Assembly: GCA_913054235.1 (NCBI GenBank)
Contig: CAJXJI010000001.1
Span: 6,868 to 70,867, forward strand
DNA from: an uncultured bacterium
Lineage (GTDB): Bacteria > Patescibacteriota > Minisyncoccia > Minisyncoccales > UBA10102
Direction: 5' to 3'
DNA length: 64,000 bases
The notes beneath the pieces are model-generated. The model made no database searches, was not told the origin of the DNA, and worked only from the letters and a program-made list of their open reading frames with translations. The stretch's first letter is position 1. Each line of letters starts with the position of its first letter. This document shows, in pieces, positions 56,518 through 64,000 of the stretch. The position numbers were made by a program, and so were the translations under genes.

Positions 56518-57405
56518 TTAAGTAGAAAGCTGTTGTTTGTACCATTCAAAAGTTTCTTCTAGTCCATGCGCTAGGGTATAGGATGGCTCCCACTTCAACT
56601 CCTTTTTTGCTTTTCCAATTGAAAGAGAACTTCTCTGCTGGCCTCCAGATTTCTCTCGTTCATAATATACCTTCGCCTTGCGTTGCGTAATGTCTTCAAT
56701 AATCTTTAATAGTTCGTTCAGAGAAGTTTCCTTTTCGGTTCCAATGTTATATGCCCCAATCGCGCTACTCTGCGCAGCAAGAATACTTACTCTTACAACA
56801 TCGCCGACAAAGACAAAATCGCGGGTCTGTTCTCCATTCCCATGAATAGAAATCTCCTTTTCAGATAAAATGCTTTCAAAGAATGAACCAATTACCGCAG
56901 TAGAGTGTTGCCTTGGACCATATACATTCGCAAAACGCAGAGCAACAAATGGAAGATTTAAGCTTTGAGAGTAATAAGCAAGATATTTCTCAGTAGTAGC
57001 TTTTGCTATGCCATATGGAGAGGGGCGATCAGGAGCTGCATCTTCTGGGGTCGGAAATGTGGATGCTTCTCCGTACACCGCAGCACTCGATGCGAATACG
57101 ATTTTCTTTACGCCAACTTTGCGAGCTGCATCAAGAACATTTAAGCTCCCCATAATATTTACGCTAGCATCTTGTGCGGGTTGTTCATTTGATACTCGCA
57201 CATTTGTTTGGGCTGCAAAGTGAAATATAACTTCTGGCTGTATATCTTCAAACACATCGAAGAGTCTGTGATCACAGATGTCTAAACCAGTTTTATTTTT
57301 ATTGTCAACGACAGTTACCTTATTGCCGTTTTCAACGAGTTTGTCTCTTAAATGACTTCCTATAAAGCCCTCACCTCCCGTAATGAGAATCTTCTTATTG
57401 CTCAT
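56518..57405 (-). CDS. NAD-dependent epimerase/dehydratase (GalE-like)
   Basis: TGGEGFIGSH, SSAAVYG, YGIAK, RFANVYGP, QTRDFVFV. Confidence 0.9.
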   Translation of the reverse strand: MSNKKILITGGEGFIGSHLRDKLVENGNKVTVVDNKNKTGLDICDHRLFDVFEDIQPEVIFHFAAQTNVRVSNEQPAQDASVNIMGSLNVLDAARKVGVKKIVFASSAAVYGEASTFPTPEDAAPDRPSPYGIAKATTEKYLAYYSQSLNLPFVALRFANVYGPRQHSTAVIGSFFESILSEKEISIHGNGEQTRDFVFVGDVVRVSILAAQSSAIGAYNIGTEKETSLNELLKIIEDITQRKAKVYYEREKSGGQQRSSLSIGKAKKELKWEPSYTLAHGLEETFEWYKQQLST

Positions 57406-57452
57406 AAAATCAATATTACCTTATTCTCAGCATAAAAAAAGGGGGCTGGTTT

Positions 57453-58211
57453 TTACCAGACCCCTTTGAGTTCTGCAAAAGACGCGGCAACGAGATTGTG
57501 AAATAAATTGGTAAGATAGATTCTACCATCAATTTCCACGATCCCCTTACACAGAACATCCTTGAACCCGTCCTTGGTGAGAAAAACTCTTCCCAAGATA
57601 CCCTCATGGTCTTCACGAGGTTCTCCTAAATTAGGAGTCACATGAACCAGCCAAATCTCAGACATCTCTGAAGTAATACCAGGGAGCATCGGACAGCCAG
57701 GCGAATCACGGGAATCCAGTCTTTGTGGTTCTCCGATAAGAGATAGATTGCCTTCAGCAACAACCTCTTCCTCAATAGACTCCAGAATAGTCTTGCCTAT
57801 ACGCTGTCCAAAAGAAGGGACTTCAAGCTCCCATCCTTCCCCAAAATGCTGATGGAGTGTGGGACGCTGATGCTTAACCATAACCACGCGCTTTACACCA
57901 TCGTTGTCAATCCACAATGGGAACAGTACAATCCCTTTTCCATTGTATATCTCCGAGCGCGCCACCTGGTGATAAACCCCATAGCTCCCATCTGCCCTTT
58001 TAACAGGGTGAAGGAATATAACTATAGGAGAGGTGGGGGTAGATAAGACAAATACGCGAGCCTTGTCTCCCGTTGCCTTTTCCCAAGCTTCTATCTCTGC
58101 TGGTTCTGTGAGAATACGAAGCGAAGAAAAATTATTTCTTGGAATCACACGAGCAAACTGCTCAAGTGCTTTAAGGTATGGGATTTCCTGAATAAGCTTC
58201 TTTGCAGTCAT
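57453..58211 (-). CDS. divergent NUDIX-like (ADP-ribose pyrophosphatase-like) protein
   Basis: GGAGG SD before MTAKK; VMVKHQRP....WELEVP.FG.......ESIEEEV.AE degenerate Nudix box; terminator hairpin at its stop. Confidence 0.5.
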   Translation of the reverse strand: MTAKKLIQEIPYLKALEQFARVIPRNNFSSLRILTEPAEIEAWEKATGDKARVFVLSTPTSPIVIFLHPVKRADGSYGVYHQVARSEIYNGKGIVLFPLWIDNDGVKRVVMVKHQRPTLHQHFGEGWELEVPSFGQRIGKTILESIEEEVVAEGNLSLIGEPQRLDSRDSPGCPMLPGITSEMSEIWLVHVTPNLGEPREDHEGILGRVFLTKDGFKDVLCKGIVEIDGRIYLTNLFHNLVAASFAELKGVW

Positions 58212-58313
58212 CGTGTTTTCCTCCAAAAGAGTGAGCTACGCCCACTAAGAAGCACGCAAACAAAGATGTCAAGCCCCTGTTCTTTTTTAGAAAAAGGTGT
58301 ATAAACAAGAGAT

Positions 58314-58991
58314 ATGCAAGCAGTTATTCTCGCAGCGGGCAAGGGTACGCGCATGCGGCCCTTAACCTCAAAACTTCCCAAGCCACTTTTGCAAATTGGG
58401 GGGCAAAGAATTTTAGAACACACCATCGAACAACTACACGGAATCGTGGACGAAGTGATTCTGGTAGTAGGATACAGAGGAAAGCTCATTCAAAAATCTT
58501 TTCGGGATAATTACAAGGGAATAAAAATCACCTATGCGTGGCAAAAAGAGCAATCGGGTACGGGGGACGCAGCAAAACAAGCACTCCCATTTCTAAAAGG
58601 ACCCTGTCTTTTCATAAATGGGGATGATCTGTATGATAAGCGCGATATCAAAAAGATTCTAGGAAAGTATCCTTCAATCTTGGTCGCCACAACAGAACAC
58701 CCTGAACGCTATGCAGTAATAGAAACAAAAGGAAATAGAGTTATAAGCTTGTTGGAAAAACCAAAACACCCTACTGGAAACCTCGTAAGCGTAGGAATGT
58801 ATTTTTTGGATCCCTTAATTTTTCAATGGAATATCAAAAAATCTTCAAGGGGAGAGTATGAGTTTACTGACTATATTCGAAAATGGCTCAAAAAAAAGAC
58901 TTTGCATTATGTTATTTCGAGTCGCTGGATTCCTATTACTACTCCAGAAAATCTTCTTGAAGCAAAACGCATTCTTAAGCTGGGTAACTGA
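58314..58991 (+). CDS. sugar-phosphate nucleotidyltransferase
   Basis: ILAAGKGTRMRPLT...PKPLL, GTGDA, NGDD, RGEYE. Confidence 0.9.
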   Translation: MQAVILAAGKGTRMRPLTSKLPKPLLQIGGQRILEHTIEQLHGIVDEVILVVGYRGKLIQKSFRDNYKGIKITYAWQKEQSGTGDAAKQALPFLKGPCLFINGDDLYDKRDIKKILGKYPSILVATTEHPERYAVIETKGNRVISLLEKPKHPTGNLVSVGMYFLDPLIFQWNIKKSSRGEYEFTDYIRKWLKKKTLHYVISSRWIPITTPENLLEAKRILKLGN

Positions 58992-59027
58992 CCCTCTAAA
59001 TTGATATCAGGCTACCTCCAGGAGAAA

Positions 59028-60863
59028 TTACTCTACCGTTACTGATTTTGCAAGATTCCTTGGTTTGTCTACGTCGTATCCTTTCAATATTCCCATATAA
59101 TAGGCAAAGAGTTGGAGCGGAATAACAGAAAGGATGGGGGTAAGCATCTCTAAGGTTTTGGGAATATATATCACATCGTCTGCGATAGTTTTAATATCCT
59201 CATTGCCTTGTGTTGCAATAGCAATCACTGGTCCCTTTCTTGCTTTTATTTCTTGAATATTAGAAATCATCTTTTCGTACACAGAATCTGAAGGGCATAA
59301 GGCAATGGTTGGAAAATTCTCATCAATCATTGCAAGGGGACCATGTTTCATCTCTCCAGCCCCGTATCCTTCAGCATGAATATATGAAATCTCCTTTAAT
59401 TTTAGTGCTCCTTCCAAGGCAACAGGGTAGTTATACTTTCTTGCAATAAAGAGAAAATCCCTTGCGCCTTGATACTTTATTGCAATCTTCTCCATAATGG
59501 CATTTGTCGTTTCCAGAGTTTCTTTTACAAGCACCGGAAGGTTTGCTATCTCCTTTGCGATTCTTTGACCCATAGTAAAAGACATGCCTCGTTGCCTTCC
59601 CAAGAACAGGGTGAGTAAAGCCAATACTGTGAGTTGTGAAGTAAAAGCCTTGGTGGATGCTACTCCAATCTCAGGGCCCGCATGATTATACACTCCTGCC
59701 TCAGTTTCTCTAGCAATGGAAGAGCCAACTGTATTCACAATACCCAGAGCAAGCCCGCCTTTCTTTTTTACCTCTTTTAGAGCAGCGAGAGTATCTGCAG
59801 TCTCTCCTGATTGAGAAATAAACAAGTATGCAGTCTTTTTATCTATAATAGGCTTTTTGTAACGAAATTCAGAGGCAATATCTGCCTTCGTTGGCATGCC
59901 AGTATACTCTTGGAGCATATATGTTCCTACCGATCCCGAGAGGTAGGCCGTACCACAAGCCAAAATCTCCACCTGCTCAATGTTCTTGAGTTTTTCTTGA
60001 ACCTGTTCCAATCCTCCCAACCTTACGTCTCCTGTATCCAGAAGCAATCTTCCTCGCAGGGAATTGATGATGCTCTCTGGTTGTTCCATAATTTCCTTCT
60101 GCATAAAGTGAGGATATCCCCCCTTCTTTGCGTCTTCCAGACTCCATTCAATTTCCTCAGCGTCTCTTTCAACCAATTCTTGTTGGTAGTTTTGGATAGA
60201 AAAAGTCTTTGGTGTAAGAATCGCAAGCTCACCATCTTCCAGATATATTACCTTGTTGGTATGGGTAATAACTGCAGAGGGATCAGAGGCCGCAAGATAC
60301 TCCCCGTCTCCCAAACCAATAAGCAAGGGGGCAGAATATTTTGCCAAGACCAGTTTTTCTGAATCATCTCTTGCAATAATGGCTAAGGCATATGCACCAT
60401 GAACCAAAGATAATGCTTTTCTTGTTGCATCCTCTAAATTTCCTGTAAAGAACTTTTCAATTAAGTGAGGGAGAACCTCGGTATCTGTTTCTGAAAGAAA
60501 AACATGACCTTCTCCTAAAAGCTCTTGTTTTAGCTGTTGATAGTTTTCAATAATCCCATTGTGAGCCACCCATATATTTCCTGTGCAATCTGCATGAGGG
60601 TGACAATTTTCTTCTGTTACTTGCCCATGTGTCGCCCATCTTGTATAGAACAAAAATGGGCTCCCTTCAAAATTTGTGCTTCTCAATTTTTCTTCAAGAG
60701 AAGCAACCTTACCCACGGCTTTTATCGAATCGATTTCCTTTCTCTCTTTGTTATACACTGCCATACCAGCTGAATCATACCCTCGATATTCCAAGCGCTT
60801 TAACGCCTCCATTCCAATGCGAATATCTTTTTGCTTTCCAATATAACCTACAATGCCACACAT
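59028..60863 (-). CDS. glmS: glutamine--fructose-6-phosphate transaminase
   Basis: MCGIVG, EYRGYDSAG, RWATHG, SQSGETAD, KLKEISY, PRNLAKSVTVE. Confidence 0.98.
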   Translation of the reverse strand: MCGIVGYIGKQKDIRIGMEALKRLEYRGYDSAGMAVYNKERKEIDSIKAVGKVASLEEKLRSTNFEGSPFLFYTRWATHGQVTEENCHPHADCTGNIWVAHNGIIENYQQLKQELLGEGHVFLSETDTEVLPHLIEKFFTGNLEDATRKALSLVHGAYALAIIARDDSEKLVLAKYSAPLLIGLGDGEYLAASDPSAVITHTNKVIYLEDGELAILTPKTFSIQNYQQELVERDAEEIEWSLEDAKKGGYPHFMQKEIMEQPESIINSLRGRLLLDTGDVRLGGLEQVQEKLKNIEQVEILACGTAYLSGSVGTYMLQEYTGMPTKADIASEFRYKKPIIDKKTAYLFISQSGETADTLAALKEVKKKGGLALGIVNTVGSSIARETEAGVYNHAGPEIGVASTKAFTSQLTVLALLTLFLGRQRGMSFTMGQRIAKEIANLPVLVKETLETTNAIMEKIAIKYQGARDFLFIARKYNYPVALEGALKLKEISYIHAEGYGAGEMKHGPLAMIDENFPTIALCPSDSVYEKMISNIQEIKARKGPVIAIATQGNEDIKTIADDVIYIPKTLEMLTPILSVIPLQLFAYYMGILKGYDVDKPRNLAKSVTVE

Positions 60864-60935
60864 ACAAATATCTTTTTAACAAGATTAAAACTCCTTACTC
60901 TTGTTAAGGAGCAAGCCTACTATCTTGTCAAGAGG

Positions 60936-63341
60936 TTAGTATGATACGAGATTTAGTAATTTTCCTTTCACAAATACTATGTTCTTTGGCTTTCCTGTGG
61001 GGAACCATTTCTTTATCTTCTCTTGCTTTAAAGCTAAGGCGACGGCTTCTTTCTCTTTGATGCCAGGAGAAACTTCCAGAATGTCTCTTACTCTTCCATT
61101 TACCTGTACCACAAGTCGAACAATTTTTTCCTCCAATGCTTTTGCATCATATGTTGGCCAAGGTTGTTCATGCACACTTCCCTTATTACCAAGCTTTCCC
61201 CATAATTCTTCTGTTAAATGAGGAGCAAAAGGTGAAAGGAGAATCAAGAGCGTATTGAATTGCTCTTTTGTTGGAGGATTCTTTAAAAACCCATTTGAAT
61301 ATTCCATTAAAGCTGCAATGGCAGTGTTATAGCGAAGACCTTCCAAGTCCTCAGTCACCTTCTTTATGGTTTGATTCCGTGCAACTTCAAGCTCATTACT
61401 CTCTTGTTTTGGGGCTTTAAAGTTTTCTTGAAAATTCCACAAACGATTAAAGAATCTTGAAATCCCAACAATGCCTTTGTCTGACCAATCTCCACCTTCA
61501 GCAAGAGGACCAATAAACATTAAGTATGTTCGGATTGTATCTGCTCCATGCGTTTTAAAGTATTCATCTGGGTTTACTACGTTCCCCTTGGACTTGGACA
61601 TCTTTGTTCCTTCTTTGGTAATTAATCCATGAGCACGAAACTTTAAAAAAGGTTCTTCAAACTCAATATGTCCCATATCTTTTAGTGCCATGGTAACGAA
61701 TCTGGTATACAAAAGATGAAGCACCGCATGCTCGTGCCCTCCAATATACATATCAACAGGGAGCCACTTTTTAGTTCTTATCTTATCAAAAGGTTCATCT
61801 TCAAATTCAACTGAAGGATAGCGAAAAAAGTACCAAGCTGAATCCAAAAATGTATCTGACACATCTGTTTCTCTTTTTGCTGGTCCTTTGCATTCAGGAC
61901 ATGTGGTTTCAACAAAGCTTGTAACTGAAGCTAAGGGAGACTTTCCAGTCCCAGTAGGTCTAAAATCTTCTACGTCTGGTAATAATACTGGGAGATCTTT
62001 TTCTGGAACTGGAATCGTGCCACACTTCACGCAATAGATAATAGGAATAGGAGGACCCCAATATCGCTGGCGAGAAATGAGCCAGTCTCGGAGATGATAC
62101 GTTACCTTCCCACCACCCCGTCCTTTCTTGATAAGCCATTCCCTCACTTTTATTATTGCTTCCTTTGAGCTTAAACCTGTAAACGAACCAGAATTCACTA
62201 AGGTGCCATAACCTATAAAGCATTCTTTAAGCTTTAAAATCTTTTCATCTTTCTCTTTATCTCCTGTGATTATAGTGGGCTTGAGTGGAATACTATACTT
62301 TCTTGCAAATTCAACATCACGCTCATCATGAGCATCTCCAAACAAAGCACCTGTTCCATAACCTATTAGGGCATAATCAGCAATCCAGACAGGAATCTTT
62401 TCCTCACTAAGAGGGTTTATCGCATAAAGGCCTGAAAAAATTCCTGTTTTTTCTTTTCCTTCAGCTTTTCTTTCCAATTCAGTTTTCTGTTTTGCTCTCT
62501 CTACATATTCTTGAACCTCTTTTACGTTCTTAAGAGAATCTACTATAGGATGTTCTGGCGCTAAAACAATAAACGTTGCGCCATAAAGCGTATCAACACG
62601 CGTCGTGAAAACCTCAACTTCATACTTAGAATCAACAACTTTAAATTTTATAGTTGTTCCTTCTGATCTCCCAATCCAGTTTCTTTGCGCAATCTTAGTT
62701 TTCTCAGACCAATCAATCCACTCTAAATTTTTAAGTAATCTATCTGCATACTTGGTAATCTTAAAAAACCATTGCTCAAGTTCTTTTTGAATTACTTCAG
62801 TGCTGCATCGTTCGCACTTTCCTTCAATTACCTGCTCATTTGCTAATACGGTCTTGCAAGAAGGACACCATTCAACTGGTGCTTCTTTTTTATGTGCAAG
62901 CCCTGCTTTATACAATTGTAAAAACAGCCATTGAGTCCATTTATAGTATTCTGGCTCTGAGGTAGTAACAGAGTGTTCCCAATCAAAAAGACTTCCTAGT
63001 TGCTTTAACTGCTTAGTAAAATGTGTAATATTCTTTGTAGTCTGCTCTTTTGGATGAGTTCCCTGCTTTATGGCAAAGTTTTCTGAATGAATACCAAAAG
63101 AATCAAATCCCATGGGCTCAAACACATCATTGCCTTGCATTCTCGCAAACCGTCCATGAATATCAGATCCGACAAAAGCATACACATTCCCTACGTGTAA
63201 TCCTTCAGCAGAAGGATAGGGAAACATCATTAGGTTGTAGTAGGGCTTTTTTGCCTTGGCAAGATCCACTTTCCACGTCTTATTTTTCTCCCAGATTTTA
63301 GCCCACTTTGCCTCTATTTTTTGATGATCGTAACGCTCCAT
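60936..63341 (-). CDS. leuS: leucine--tRNA ligase
   Basis: MFPYPS..LHVGN, ISRQRYWG, GHEHA, KMSKS. Confidence 0.97.
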   Translation of the reverse strand: MERYDHQKIEAKWAKIWEKNKTWKVDLAKAKKPYYNLMMFPYPSAEGLHVGNVYAFVGSDIHGRFARMQGNDVFEPMGFDSFGIHSENFAIKQGTHPKEQTTKNITHFTKQLKQLGSLFDWEHSVTTSEPEYYKWTQWLFLQLYKAGLAHKKEAPVEWCPSCKTVLANEQVIEGKCERCSTEVIQKELEQWFFKITKYADRLLKNLEWIDWSEKTKIAQRNWIGRSEGTTIKFKVVDSKYEVEVFTTRVDTLYGATFIVLAPEHPIVDSLKNVKEVQEYVERAKQKTELERKAEGKEKTGIFSGLYAINPLSEEKIPVWIADYALIGYGTGALFGDAHDERDVEFARKYSIPLKPTIITGDKEKDEKILKLKECFIGYGTLVNSGSFTGLSSKEAIIKVREWLIKKGRGGGKVTYHLRDWLISRQRYWGPPIPIIYCVKCGTIPVPEKDLPVLLPDVEDFRPTGTGKSPLASVTSFVETTCPECKGPAKRETDVSDTFLDSAWYFFRYPSVEFEDEPFDKIRTKKWLPVDMYIGGHEHAVLHLLYTRFVTMALKDMGHIEFEEPFLKFRAHGLITKEGTKMSKSKGNVVNPDEYFKTHGADTIRTYLMFIGPLAEGGDWSDKGIVGISRFFNRLWNFQENFKAPKQESNELEVARNQTIKKVTEDLEGLRYNTAIAALMEYSNGFLKNPPTKEQFNTLLILLSPFAPHLTEELWGKLGNKGSVHEQPWPTYDAKALEEKIVRLVVQVNGRVRDILEVSPGIKEKEAVALALKQEKIKKWFPTGKPKNIVFVKGKLLNLVSY

Positions 63342-63431
63342 AATACACAGATTGTAACCAATTTACCCCTATTTGTCCATTCTCTCCTTCGTAAGCTTAA
63401 TTTCATGGAAGAATAGAGATATAATAGAAAT

Positions 63432-64000
63432 ATGACCATACCAAAATTCCAAAAGCTTATCTTAACTTGGCATAAAGAGAACCGAAGGGATATGCCATGG
63501 AGAAAAACAAAGGATCCCTATAAAATACTGGTGTCTGAAATTATGCTTCAACAAACTCAAGTTGTAAGAGTCTTGCCCAAATACAAAGAGTTTTTAAAAG
63601 AATTTCCAACTCTTAACTCTCTGGCAAAAGCATCCGATAAAAAGCTCCTTCACATATGGGCAGGTCTAGGATATTGGAAACGAGCCCTTTCTTTAAAAAA
63701 GACTGCACAAATAATATCTAAAGAATACCAAGGGAAATTCCCTAAAGAACCTGAACTCTTAAAAAAACTCCCTGGCATTGGTCCATATACTGCTGGAGCT
63801 GTTGCCTGCTTTGCTTTTCAAAGCAAAGATGCTTTTTTAGATACTAATATTAGGAGAGTATATCTTTATTTCTTTTTCTCAGGGAAAAATAATATATCAG
63901 ATAGAAAGATTCTTACTATTGCAAAAAAAGCAGTATGGAAGAAAAATCCAAGAGAATGGCATTATGCCTTGCTTGATTATGGCGCTGTGATTCTTAAAGA
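63432..64000 (+). CDS. mutY: A/G-specific adenine glycosylase, partial (runs off window)
   Basis: RRDMPWR...DPYKILVSEIMLQQTQV, WAGLGY, LPGIGPYTA. Confidence 0.9.
   Translation, partial: MTIPKFQKLILTWHKENRRDMPWRKTKDPYKILVSEIMLQQTQVVRVLPKYKEFLKEFPTLNSLAKASDKKLLHIWAGLGYWKRALSLKKTAQIISKEYQGKFPKEPELLKKLPGIGPYTAGAVACFAFQSKDAFLDTNIRRVYLYFFFSGKNNISDRKILTIAKKAVWKKNPREWHYALLDYGAVILK

Noticed and set aside
60864-60935. Possible glmS ribozyme upstream of glmS
   Set aside because: Only 72 bp with a single CTCCTTA/TAAGGAG hairpin and no ribozyme consensus
1-64000. CRISPR array, IS/transposase, prophage, self-splicing intron or recoded stop codons
   Set aside because: No periodic repeats or mobile-element genes seen; core genes are uninterrupted in the standard code and TGA is used as a stop

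Overview
Chromosomal segment of a small-genome bacterium; the gene repertoire and style suggest Patescibacteria/CPR (Parcubacteria-like), which is an inference. Most genes lie on the minus strand. Housekeeping content includes rnpB, rnhA, a RecJ-like DHH protein, pgk, secA/secD/secF, murB, clpB, htrA, iscS, ftsA/ftsZ, ybeY, rpsU, hisS, lepB, pth, a shortened mfd, topA, tRNA-Leu(CAA), folD, glyA, tsaC, glmS, leuS and a partial mutY. No CRISPR array, transposase or prophage was seen. The most interesting signals are mostly non-coding: (1) a polyamine operon (speD-speE-speB-speE) with a promoter and a ~120-nt five-way-junction leader RNA (riboswitch candidate), next to an unannotated 37-aa histone-H1-like peptide gene; (2) mutually exclusive hairpins over the murB start codon plus two further sRNA candidates in the same intergenic region; (3) a ~330-nt structured RNA with its own promoter and terminator upstream of tsaC; (4) an apparent cascade of HTH repressor with TAGGACA operator boxes, ECF sigma, ECF-type promoter, anti-sigma and a 1449-aa S-layer-like protein; (5) deletion remnants of a NUDIX gene and of comEC, a tail-less FtsZ, a mini-Mfd and a stand-alone NusG-like KOW protein; (6) apparently leaderless core genes contrasting with SD-bearing, self-contained small accessory genes. 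All RNA structures were paired by eye and no database searches were run.
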